Counted from the first letter of the stretch, positions 1 through 13,052 are shown. The stretch is DNA of 64,000 nucleotides from the human T2T-CHM13v2.0 reference genome, Homo sapiens (GCF_009914755.1 NC_060946.1); one strand, 5' to 3'. Program-made: numbers and translations. Notes: a model not told the origin generated them from the letters alone.

Positions 1-95
1 TTGCCCAGGCTGGTCCCAAACTCCTGGGCTCAGGCGATCCTCCTGCCTCAGCCTCCTGAGTAGCTGGGATTACAAGTGTGAGCCACCATACCCAC
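1..95 (-). mobile_element. Alu/FLAM fragment cut by window edge
   Basis: caggctggtcccaaactcctgggctcagg...gggattacaagtgtgagccacc is an antisense Alu monomer. Confidence 0.85.
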
Positions 96-97
96 TA

Positions 98-860
98 AAA
101 TCAGGTTGTTTTGTTGTTGTTGAGTTGTAGGAATGCTTCATACATTTTGGACATTAACCCATTATTAGATAAATGATTTGCAAATATTTTCTCTCATTCC
201 ATGGGTTGCCTTCTTGATAATAGCATCCTTTGATGCACAAAAGTTTTAAATTTTGAAGTCCAATTTACCTATTTTTTCTTTTGCCTTTGTTTTTTGTGTC
301 ATATCTAAGAAATCCTTGTTAATTCCAATGTTATGATGATTTTCCCTATGTTTTCTTGTTTTGGCTCTTAGGTTTAGGTCTTTGATCCTTTCTGAGTTAA
401 CTTTTGTGTATGATCTAAGATAAAGGTCTAACTTCATTCTTTTGCATATGGATATTCCATTTTCTTAACAGCGTTTGTTGAAAAGACTATCTTTCCTCAT
501 TGAAAATCATTTGACCATATACATGAGGGTTTATTTCTGGGCTCTTTACTCTACTCCATTGGTCTATATGCCTGTCTTTATGCCAGTACCACACTGTTTT
601 GATTACTGTAGGTTTGTAGTAAGCTTTGAAATCAGGAAATGTGAGACCTCCAACTTTGTTTTTCTTATTCAAGATTGTTTTGGTCATTTGGAGATCCTTG
701 AGATCCCATATAAATTTTAGAATGGGTTTTTCTATCTCTGCAAAAAATTTTATTGGGATTTTGAGAAAGGTTGTGTTGAGTCTGTAGATTGCTTTGGGTA
801 GTATTGACATCTTAACCATATTGTCTTTCAATCTATGAATGCAGATGTCTTTCCATGGTC
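98..860 (-). mobile_element. LINE-1 ORF2 fragment (post-RT region), degenerate
   Basis: ORFs 487-876 ([12 protein letters not shown]...[13 protein letters not shown]...[12 protein letters not shown]) and 246-437 (KLDLYLRSYTKVNSERIKDLN) are typical L1 ORF2p motifs, broken into pieces. Confidence 0.92.
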
Positions 861-879
861 TCATCATTTTATACATTTT

Positions 880-1600
880 ATATGTTGCTTAAGAGGGTCT
901 TCCCAATGCTAAAGTTATAAATAATTTTTTTCTATATTTTGTTTTAATAGATTTGTAGTTTGGGTTTACATATTTGTTTCCTTAAGTTAGCTGGGATATT
1001 TCCCCCAGTATGATAACTTTTTCCCATTTTATTGGTACCACCTGAATAGTCTGCCAATTCCCTGGTAATTGAAATGCCACCTTTTTCATAAACCATAGCA
1101 TAGGTTTGTTTTTAGATTTTTCTCTTCTATTTCACTGATCCATATATCTACTCTTGTGATATAATTTTTAATTACCTTTATTTTATAGTAGCTTTTGATA
1201 TCTGGTAGGGTAACTGTTTCCCCTCATTCTTCTTCTTTTTGTTTATTCCCTTTATTTTTATTATTATTATTCTTTTTCTTTATTCTTCATTCTTCTTCTT
1301 TTTTTATTCTCTTTATTATTATTATTCCCCTCATTATTCTTCTTTTTCATTATTCTTTTTAAGGTTTTCCCATATATTTTCTCTTTCAGATGACTATTAG
1401 AATCAGCCTAACAAGTTCCAACAGACATATTATTGGAATTTTGATTGAGATTACATTTATTTGATGAATTAATCTTGGGAAACTTATTTTTATAATAATA
1501 TGCCTTTGTGTTTTGAGGAAACATTATTTCTAGTATCTATATTCCTATTATCAACATAATCCCTAAGAAATTTTCTATTTACTTGTATAATATTCAAGAT
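880..1600 (-). mobile_element. Older L1 fragment with TTA/TTC low-complexity stretch (~1225-1360)
   Basis: More diverged version of similar L1 ORF2 antisense sequence. Confidence 0.6.
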
Positions 1601-1611
1601 TGCCATGTAGA

Positions 1612-1816
1612 ATAGCTCTGTCCAATAGAACTTTCCATGATAATAAAAATGTTCTGTATCTGTGATGTCAAATAGGTAGCCACTTACCACATGTGGCTAT
1701 TGAGCACCAGAAATGTGGCTAATGCAACTGAGGAAGTAAATTTTAAGTTTTATTTCATTTTGATTAAATGTAAATGGCCACATGTAGCTAATAGCTATCA
1801 TATTAGACAGTACGGC
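1612..1816. mobile_element. MER3-like hAT-Charlie DNA transposon
   Basis: ctgtccaatagaactttc...ccacatgtggctattgagcac...tattagacag matches MER3, with terminal inverted repeats. Confidence 0.85.
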
Positions 1817-2240
1817 TTTTGAATGTATGAATAAATGTGTAACTGAACACTTTTGTAAGTAGTAGAGGTAGTGTAGCAAAGAATTATTGATACCTACTGT
1901 GTGAAAGACATTGTGTAAAGCATTGCAGAGAGGCAAAAGGCCATAAAATTAATACACATTAATTCCTAAATAAAAATCCAATCCAAGTATAAGACAATTT
2001 GTTTACAAATATTTCTGTTGTCAGAAACGTTCAATTACAAAAATGTAGTGTGGATATTCATTAGAAAGAAAGTTCATGTCAAATTAAAGGAGCAAGAGAG
2101 GCTTTGTGGATGAAGTACTACTAGAAATTGGCCTTGAAGGAATTATTCAAAATTTAAAAGAAAGAAAGTAATGGAAGATTTCTGTTTTCTTAAATCTAGA
2201 GGAAATAGAGAAGAGGGAAAAGAATGTGGTATGTTTGGAG

Positions 2241-2713
2241 GATTAGCTCCCTTGGTTGCTGTAACAAATTACAAGTTTGGTGGCTAAAACAACAAAAATG
2301 TCTTCTCTCACAATTCTGGATGCCAGAAGTCCAAAAGCAATATGAGTGGTCTGAAATCAAGATGTCAGCAGAGCCACACTCCCTCTGGGGGCTCTAAGAG
2401 AAGTTCTATTCTTTGCCTCGTCCAGCTTCTAGTAGCTGCTGGCATTCCTGGTCACAGCAGTCTCTGACCCTATTGTCACATTGTCTTCTCTTCTGTCTGT
2501 GTTCACATCTCCCATTGCCTCTGTCTTACAAGGATACATCTGATTACATTTAGGGTCCACCTGCATAATTAAGAAGAACTCTCCATTTCAAGATCCTTTA
2601 TTACATCTGTAGAGACGCCCCCCTTTTATATTTTTGCCATGTAAGGTCACATTCACAGGCTGCAGAATTTAGGACATGAACATCTTTGGGGGCTCATTTT
2701 TTAGTGTACCACA
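2241..2713 (-). mobile_element. MLT1-family (MaLR) solo LTR
   Basis: gctgtaacaaattac...ctcacaattctggatgccagaagtcc...aaggtcacattcacagg. Confidence 0.8.
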
Positions 2714-3141
2714 AATATCCAATTTGCCTGGAGTTAGGGATTCCTGTGGCAGTAGGAATTATGATAACTGTCAGTCACTGAATGACTTGCACATGTGAGA
2801 GGTTATACCAAGTGCTCTATCTGTGCTATTCCATTTACTCATTACAAGAACATTGTGTAGGCATTAGGAGACGAGGGATGAATCTAAGGTGACTGTTTTC
2901 CACCTTTGATGACTAGGAAATGATGATTTACAGAAATTGTAGAGTCATGAGGAAAAATTGGTTACAAAGGAAAAACAATAAATTTGACTTTGGCTGTGTT
3001 TAGTTTGAAGTCCCAATAGGCTGTGCCCAAGGAAAGATCAACCCCAAATAGAAACTTAAGGGCCCCACGAAGAATTCTTATAGTCTCTTCTATAATTTTT
3101 TACCTTGTTTTCCCCTTTGGGTTGAAGAAACAAATTATAAG

Positions 3142-3350
3142 GAGCACTAAACTTGAAATCAGAAGACTTGGGTTCAAAACTTGCACTTACTAAATGTGTG
3201 AACTAGATAAGTCATTTCACTTCTCTGAGCTTCAGTTTCTACATCTGTACAAGAGGAATAACCACTCCCCCTCCCATCACACACAGTTATTGTGAGGAAT
3301 AAATGACATAACATATGTGATTTTTTAGTATATAGTCTGTTGTAAGCATT
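3142..3350 (+). mobile_element. MIR SINE
   Basis: MIR core cacttctctgagcttcagtttctacatctgta. Confidence 0.75.
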
Positions 3351-3479
3351 CAAATGTTTCATTTGAAGGTAATATGTCTTAAAGCTATCTGGATCCTAAG
3401 TAAAACTCTACATTATTTTTACAAATCTATGATCAACTGCTTTTCCCATTGTCCAAATGACCATTCTATACTTTTACCA

Positions 3480-4685
3480 CTTAAGTGTTTTAAGTGCCAC
3501 CCAAGACCAATTTACTCCCTTTCTAAGCAGATGACCTAAACTCTACTTCATAGAAATAATTAAGGCCATCAAACATAAATCATTCAACTTTCTGCTCTCA
3601 TATTTAAATGTTTACCTATATCTGTATCCATTTTACCTCATTCCTTCGGACCTCAGAAGAAGTAATATCCTTTCTTTTGTCCCAAGTGAATACTTCTTTA
3701 GATATGTGCCCTTGATGCAATTTCCTTCATCCTTAGCTCCAGGTCACATAGTCAATGCCTGGTGGACATCTTCATTTGGATACCTCATTCCAATTCAGAA
3801 TATTGAAAACAGAGTCAGTTGTTTCTTCATCCATCCTCCCTACCATGTTCCTACCTCCTACTCCCTCAACTTCTATTTCCCATCTTGGTCACCGGCATTA
3901 CCAGAAACTTGGGTAATTTTTGTCATGTTTTACTCCTTTCTTTCCTTTACTATACCTGTGCTTATTCCAATTAATGATCAAGTCATGGTAGGGCTCAGGT
4001 TCAGGCACTCATTCTGTCTCTCCTGAGCCCTCTATCCTTTTAATGTTTTCCCTCTAACTTCACTGCGGCTTTTGGTCTTGCTCAGATCATTCATTTTCTG
4101 AAGTAGCCTCATTGCTTCTCGTCTTACTCCTCTCCAATCCACCCTTCACACTGCTGCCATAGGGATCTTTCTAAAACAGACCTACTCTTGGAACCCTTCA
4201 GGGCTCTCCATTACAGACTCTCATTACAAAGTCCAAACTTTAAAGAATGACATTGTCTGACCCAGCCCACCACTCCCACACCCTTCCTGTTAGCCCCATT
4301 GAGCTATACCCAATTCCCCAGAGGTATCCTGCTTTATATCCCTGTACCTGTGCTCCTTCTGTCTAAAATGTGTTATCTGCAACCCCATTTCCTAATGCTG
4401 TTTGCCTGGTGAATGTCTGCTCATCTTGCATTACTTAGTTCAAGCTTCATATCCCTTTTGAAGCCTTGCCAGGCCTCCCCAGAAAGAACTGATAAGATCT
4501 TTTTGGAACCCCTGCTGTACCCTATATATGACTCTGTCATTTCCTCTGTAACCTGTTTGTTTCCCCGTACCAGGCCTTCTTTGAGGACATGAAGTGTCTT
4601 GATCAGCTTTGTATCTTTAGTGTTTAACACAATGTCTGGCACAGAGAAGGTGCCCAAAAAAAATTTATCAAATAAATGAATTAAT
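3480..4685 (+). mobile_element. L2 LINE fragments
   Basis: Pyrimidine-rich L2 body ending in cacaatgtctggcacagagaaggtgc...aataaatgaat. Confidence 0.6.
3704..3956 (+). repeat. Direct repeat copy A (~250 bp)
   Basis: Aligns end to end with 4921-5177. Confidence 0.9.
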
Positions 4686-4920
4686 TATAAAACTTTTAAA
4701 GTTATATGATGCCTTAGAGAAGGGAGTAAGGAAGAACTTATGTAACAACTTTTGGAGATAAATGGAAATATCTGATTATGAGCCTAAGAAGAATACACAT
4801 TTACCTCCTAAGTAGAGATAGTCATGGTCCAGAACTCTGGTCACAAACTACAGAAGATAAAGAAATTAATTGAATGGGCAAACCCCTCATAAGTCCCAGT
4901 AAAACATGAGACACTTCCCA

Positions 4921-5177
4921 ATGCGCTCTTGATGTGATTTCCTCCATCCTTAGATCCAGTTCACATAGTCAACACCTGGTGAACATCTTCATTTGGATAT
5001 CTCACATCTAATTCGGAATCTTAAAAACAGAGTCAATTATTTCTCCATCTATCTTCCCCACCATTTTCCCACCTCTCACTCCCTCAACTTCTTCTATTTC
5101 CAATCTTGGTCAATGGCATTACCACAAACTTGGATAATTTTTGTCATGTTTTACTCCTTTCTTTCCTTTACTGTACC
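4921..5177 (+). repeat. Direct repeat copy B (~250 bp)
   Basis: Aligns with 3704-3956; taatttttgtcatgttttactcctttctttcctttact is identical in both. Confidence 0.9.
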
Positions 5178-5949
5178 AACATATCAAGAAAGCTTACAGC
5201 TCCACTGGTGTTGGACATAAGTATTCTCTCAAAGCATTTGCTTTCTTACTGCTTATTCATCACAATGTTAACATAAACTTCATTTACGTTAATAGCATTT
5301 ATTTTATAATTACTGTTGATCTACCTTTCATTGTGCCAAAAATATAAATGTTAAGGGAATCAAAACTAACATCAGTGGTATAACTTACTTTTAGGGACAT
5401 AGATCCTTTGAACCATGGAAATCTTTGATCTGGAAACTGCCAAATCCAAAGATTCTAGACATAAACTTAACTACAAATTTATACTGGTGAGGACTGGTTT
5501 TCTCAAGAGAAAACATTTTGCCAGATCTGACTTGAAAAATAATTTTGAAGTGAGCAAAATTCACTACACTCACCCCAGGCACACAACTCACTGTATTTCC
5601 TGGCTGCCTGGGGCTGCCCTCTCCCGTGGTTCCCCATGCAGGTCTACCTCCTCATGCAAAACAAGTACCGTGCCCTGAACTGCCTTTCCTGTGTCACAAC
5701 ATATCTGTCTTTTTTCCAAAGCCTGTGAGGCTCTGCTTTTAGTAGGCTGACACTTGGAGACCACTTGGTAAATTCACTTACACTAACATAATATTAAGTA
5801 AAAATTCCAGGGGAATTTACATTTTTAACAGGAGTATGTTGGATGCATAATACCTAACCATAAGAGCTAATCTAATAAAGGGACATTTCCTACCATCTCA
5901 TATATTTTCCATGTCTTTTCATGTTTCATTGTCTTTAAACATATTGAAC

Positions 5950-7250
5950 TTTCTGCCTAGAATAACCTCCCCCTGCTCCCACCACCATTTCCAGTCTGGT
6001 GAACTGCTGCTCTTCCTTCAATACCCAGCTCAATGTCTCTCTTCTAAGGAGCCTTCTCTAAATTCCCCAGCCTGAGTTGGTCCCTCCCTCTGGACTTCTA
6101 TAAAACTTTGTGTACTTGTCTCAATTTCTTTAGTCTTTTATTCACTCTTCAAATGACTTCAAGGTGACTTCTACCCTCACCAATCCAATGCACTAAGTAA
6201 ACCCCATGTGGTGAAATCAAGTGGACATATTTGAGTCCTCATCTTCCTTGCCCTCTCAGCAACACCTGACACTATTGACCACCACCTTTTAATTTCTCCA
6301 CTCCCTCTTCTTAAAACCCCCTTCCCCTGACTTTCTCAACATGACAGTCTGCTAGTCTTCTTTTATCTCTCTCTTTCTCAGTCTACTTTGTTGGCTCATC
6401 CTCTAACTAATCTCTAAATGTTAGATTTCTTTAGGCTATGTCCTGATCCTTTTCCCTTCCCACACTCTGATCTTTCAATAAGCAAACTCTTCCACACCCA
6501 TGGCATTAGTTATCCTCCGTATGCTTATGACTTTCAAATTTACATCTCCAACCCAGACCTCTTTCCTGAATTTCAGACTTCCACAGATAGCCACTGATTC
6601 AGCATGTCCACACGAAGGTTTTGTAGGCACTCCAAATTCAGCAGGTTCAAAACTCCCATTGTTCTCGACCTGAGAGAACAGCAACTCCATCCATGCAGTT
6701 AGCCAAACTAGAAACTGGGAAGTTATTATTGACCCATCTATCTCTCTCTTACCATGGTATCCAATTGGCCATCCTCCTGACTCTACCTGCCAAATATATC
6801 TCTCAATTTTAACTTCTCTCCATCTCCACTGCCATGCAAGTTATCACCTGTCTACCACTATAACAGACTCATCACTTGTATCTGCTTGATGTCTCCAATA
6901 CATTTCTACACTGCAGGCAGAGTGCTCTTTGAAAATTCATTCATCAAAAAGTATTTATTGAACCTTTACTATGTCAAGGCACTTGCTAGATAGTGATACA
7001 AATGTAACCAAGACATGTATGTTCCTAATCTCCTAGAACTCTATACAGTTCTGTGATTGGGAGACCTAACTTATGTGGGATGGAGAGAATTTCTCTGAGG
7101 AAATAATTTTTTTAATCTGGGATCTGAAGAATGAGTAGGAATCAACTAGGCAAAAAGGGAAGGCAATGGAGGGGAAAGAACATTTTAGGCAGAAGGAACA
7201 TCATGTGCAAAGGTTTAGAATCAAGAGGAAGCAAGGTATGAGAAGCAAGA
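5950..7250. mobile_element. L2 fragments (plus to ~6930, minus ~6935-7250)
   Basis: L2 hallmarks such as catctccaacccagacctctttcctgaatttcagact and ttcattcatcaaaaagtatttattg. Confidence 0.6.
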
Positions 7251-7854
7251 TATGAGGCTAGGCACAGCCAGGGCCTGAGGAGTCATAACTCTAACTGGGA
7301 AATACTCAGGAGGTCTAGTAGCTCCTCAAACAGCCTGCCAAATTAGATTAGTGAGTGGAGGTGTGAGCATTTTTCTGAGGAGAGAGTGCATAGCTTTCAT
7401 CAGGGTCTGTGACACTTTCCCTCCCCTGAAAATGTAAAGAACTATGTCTGGGGTATGAAAGACCATTTTTGGACTTTGTCCTAAAAACAATGGATGACAT
7501 TGGAAAGTATGAAGCCAAAAAGTAACATGGCCAGATTGTAAAATTCATGGGGCAGGAATTTTTATCTCTTTTGTTCACTGATAGGTCCCAAACACCTAGA
7601 AGAGTGCCATGCACATAGCTGACACTCAATAAATAACTGCTGAATGAATTGCCGAATGTCTATTTTGGCATTACATTGTATTGCATTATACTGTAATTGT
7701 GTACTTAATGTCTCTCCTTTACAAGGCTCAATTCTGGGAAACCAACTATGTCTCCTTGATCTTTGTATTACTAGAGATATGTTTTTAGTGCCCAGCTCAT
7801 GGCCTGGCTTAAAATCAGTTTCATTTGTGTGTTCATTCATTCAGCCAATAATTA

Positions 7855-9130
<1,276 letters not shown>

Positions 9131-10504
9131 ACAAGCATTTTTAAAGGGAGCGAATAAAGGAATAAGTGATTAAAAAGAGTCATTTAGAAGAAGGGATCCC
9201 TTCTAAAGCTTCCCAAATACTGCTACCAAATCAGCTGGCTATCCTATTTGTGCTTAAGGCAAAGCCTACTTTTTGGCTCCCCAAATGGAGAATGTGTTAC
9301 TAAACCAAAGATGGAAAGTAGGGCAACATCATATACAGAAAGCATATCTTCAGGGCTTTTTTCAGATACATATGTGGATACTCTACTCCTGAGGCTCTAT
9401 TGGTAAACAGATCATAGTAGCGTCTTGTTAGTCTGCATCAAGAAACACTTAATAATTAAAAAGAAACACTTTAAAAAGCTGTATGTTTAAAATATAATAT
9501 GAAAAGTATTAGAAGTCATTTGATGATCATCTGATGTTCAGATCAACCAGATAATCTTTCTAGCCTGCCTGATGAGTGGCCTTTTGCTTGGCTTGTTGGC
9601 TTTGGCGTCAAGTGTACAAACTCAGCCAGTTGGAATACACCTGAAAAATGTTTCTCAAATGTTCCTTTGTGTGGATAAATTTGTTGGTTTATATAGTGTG
9701 TATATGTTATTTGTCTATGTTAAGAAGTGTCCCCTGGCTGATAACATACTTGTTTTTGAGCCCACAAATTTTCTATGAACCATTGAGAGTTCCCAGGCCT
9801 CACTATTACCTTGAGATATTGAAGATATTTTGACTTACTGCAATAAAATTACAGTTCTGCAACTTGTAATTAAACTTTGGATTTATTTGAACAATGAAAG
9901 AAAAAAGAGAACAAAACTATTAAACCATCAGGTCAACTGGTCAGTTGAGAATTCGTACACTCATCTTCTCTTCTTTCATGTGTACCCAGATTTGATAGAA
10001 GTGAGGATAGTTTGGTTTGAATGGAAAGCATGGCCAAGCAACAAGCTAACTTTTACCAGATACTTTTTTCCTACAGTCAAACCATAACAAATTCATCTCC
10101 TAGATAACAACTTGGTTTTTGTGCTTTGACTTTTTATGTTGCTATTTCCTTTCCTTTAGAGCAGCCCATTTCAAATTTTTACATGTAAGTAAACGAGTTA
10201 TTTGAGGGGCTGCTCTATATCTTTTCTCAGAGTTTTGTATAGCTACTGTCTTAGTATAAGCCAAAGGGAATTTGTGGTTCCTGAGATCAGAAATTCAACT
10301 GCTTTCTAAAACTGAAGGATGAATTAGTACTTAAGTTAGCCATTTTGATACACAATCTTTGTTCCTAAATGACACTTAAATGTTTTATTTGCACTTCCAC
10401 TATTTTGTTATAATAACATATCAATAATAATAACATGCCTCTCCTACGAAGGACAAAAAGGATAATTTTAGAAACTCTACTATATATTCTCACAAGTCTT
10501 GCTT

Positions 10505-10670
10505 TAAATATATATATTATATATTATATTATAGAATATATTATATATAATATAATATAGAATATATATAATAATATATATAATATAATATAGAATATAT
10601 ATAATAATATATATAATATAATATAGAATATATATAATAATATATATAATATAATATATATATATATATA
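10505..10670. repeat. AT-rich minisatellite, 33-bp period
   Basis: The only G residues recur at 10534, 10560, 10593 and 10626; ORF track shows an 11-aa period. Confidence 0.9.
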
Positions 10671-11399
10671 TCTTATTCCATTTTCCTTCCAAAGAAAAAA
10701 CATAGGACATGGAAAAACCTTTCCTCCCATCTAGTGGCTGGAAAATATATAAATGTCCTCTATCTGTTTTTTGGAATTCCAGGCATTAGGGATTGTTTGG
10801 CAGATTATAATATATCTAATTGTTCACCCAGTTAAGCAAAAATAAGTTCTAAAATCTTCACCAAAGCCAAACTCAATGGCAAAATATATATCTATAATGA
10901 TTCACTAACCAACTTCCCTTTCATCAATAACATACTCCTCAGTAGAAAGGTTATGGTTCTTCTTAATTCATTATTCTGAACACACGATAGAAAACACAAG
11001 GCAGTATGTCTCTGCTACCTGAAATTGGGACTTAAATTACATTTGCCTCTAAAGCAGTCAGTGCCCCAGATCTCTCCTAAACCTTAATTGCTTCTTGTTG
11101 GCCCCACAACTTAACAACCTTCTCTCAAGAGTTGGATGTGTTGAATTCACTAGAGAGAGCCAAGAAACTGTCTCAGAAACTGGCTGCCTCCAAGGGACCT
11201 CAGCTCCTGAAACTTGGAATACCAGACTCTGATACTGGCAGCAGGGCCTCTGTGCAGGGCCAAACCAGCCCACAGGAAAGCAGGTTTGGATCCGTTATGC
11301 AGCTTGAGGGATTAATGCTTGGTCTACCTGTCTTATATATGTCTTGTGCAGATGTCAAAATCTCTGCTGAATTGTGCCTCTCTCTGGTGATTCTCACAG

Positions 11400-11504
11400 A
11401 TTCAAAGAATGAATTTTGTGTGCAGTCAGCAAAGTTCTGAGTGCTCCAGGAAGAAGAGGAAGGTCAGTGAACCAGTGAAGGTCTTCATCCCTAACAGAAA
11501 ATGA
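11400..11504 (+). CDS. HORMAD2: HORMA domain-containing protein 2, terminal coding exon (last 34 aa, closure motif)
   Basis: Phase-0 exon translates [34 protein letters not shown] then TGA (11502-11504). Matches my recall of the human HORMAD2 C-terminus and resembles the HORMAD1 motif SQESVPKRRKFSEP. Confidence 0.95.
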
Positions 11505-12413
11505 AAGCTAAATATTCCTTCTACATTTATTTTAAAATAAGTTTATTTTGTAAAAACATGCATAAACTGTCTTAGCAGGAAAGTACATTCCTGTTACCAA
11601 AACCTTTTTCTAAATTTTTTGCTCAATTTTTTTTGTCAGTTGCTAAGTGCTAAATTACTGGCCAGGTAGGACGCGAGTCCACTTTGCCATAAGGAAAGCG
11701 GGTCAATAGGGCTGCCTCTGGATAGCATTACTTCAAAGCTGGGTTAGAGATGAGGCACCTTTTATATTATATTTGTAAAAGAACCACAGCAGCTATTTTG
11801 GAAAGAAGCTGTTGTTCTCAAAGGAAAGAAGGATTTTTTTGCATAATTAAACTCTTCAGCTATTTAGACTACTGTGAAATGTTTTGACTTGTTGTAACCT
11901 GTATACTGGAATCCCTCTCTAGCTGTATTAAAAATTCCCACAGAGTTGCATAGGATGTGTGGAGGTGCTTATCCAGGTGTGATTTATGTGTTAACCTCAG
12001 TCACGAGGTTGATCAGCTAATTGTGGGACCAAAATGTGCCCTGCCTCAACTCTGGCCCCAGGCCCTGTTCTGTTATCCAATCCGAAACACGGAACATGCT
12101 GCAATTCAGGAGTCTGGCTCTCTTCTTAAGACCTATATTAAATATTTCCCAAGAAGCACTTCAGTTTATCAGTCTGTAACCTGCAAATGATGCTATTAGT
12201 TCCCTCCTTATTCTGGAAGAATTTGGATAGACTTAATTGATGATTAGTATGAGATGAACAATAGATGACTTAAAGTGTTATTTCTATTATTTATATAACA
12301 TGAGATTTAGTAACTTATAAAATGAGGTTTAGTAATTTAATTTAAATGGATAGGACCAATAAGTTAAATATTAAGTGTGTGACTTATGGTTAAATAAAAT
12401 GAAAATACAAGAC
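11505..12413 (+). other. HORMAD2: HORMAD2 3'UTR
   Basis: AT-rich, repeat-free sequence from the stop codon to AATAAA (12393) and a T-run at ~12414-12423; cleavage site estimated. Confidence 0.8.
12393..12398 (+). terminator. Polyadenylation signal AATAAA
   Basis: Canonical hexamer followed ~15 nt later by a U-rich downstream element. Confidence 0.75.
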
Positions 12414-12468
12414 TTTTTTTTTTGCTCATCTTTTTTCACACAGAAAGGAAAAGTTTCTTTGCTAACAT

Positions 12469-12640
12469 CAGTATCTCTCCAAATGTAAAGTGTAGTGAGA
12501 ACATCAATAATTGGAGTGCTTGTTAAAATATGGATTACTAGGCCTGCCTCATTTCTACTAAATCAAACTCTCAGGTTCAGGCACTGTGGAAAACTCTCCA
12601 GATTCTAACACACACACACACAAAATGGAGAACCAATGAC
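12469..12640. mobile_element. MER5-like DNA transposon
   Basis: gtgcttgttaaaatatggatt...tactaaatcaaactctc...gagaaccaatg. Confidence 0.55.
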
Positions 12641-13052
12641 CTCTGACCCAGACTAAAGTGAATCTCTGTAGGAAAATCCCAGGGAGCCTGCCTGTTCAGC
12701 ACTGCCCCTTGCCAGACTCTCAGCCATTCTTGACTATCTAGGGCAGCCTACCAAACTGGGGTCTTAAATTGGGCTATAGCACTGGGGCCTGCAGGCAAGG
12801 AGGAGCATTTCCCCTTCTTTTAGCATATTAAGTGGACTCATGAAAGCCTGCTCTGCCACTGAAAGAAGGAGGGGAAAGGTATTGGACTTATATCCTTGAT
12901 AGAATTGTAGACTGAGTCACTATAATTTCTTTGAAGAGAATCACATAAAGAGATTAGCTGTCTAGTAGAGGAATTAGGTTTGTGTCTCTCCAGAGAGAAG
13001 GTCTAAGAGCAAATCAGTAAAGGCTATAGGAGATCAATTTATAAGGAGGAGC

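Noticed and set aside
246-876. ORFs with clear protein homology
   Set aside because: Broken L1 ORF2 remnants, not a host gene or active element.
10504-10730. 33-bp periodic array as a CRISPR-like locus or I/Y-rich ORF
   Set aside because: Head-to-tail AT repeat with no spacers in a mammalian intron.
11132-11440. 102-aa protein-like ORF overlapping the terminal exon
   Set aside because: Starts at TTG, is in a different frame from the closure-motif exon, and flanking splice sites give 152/154-nt out-of-frame exons.
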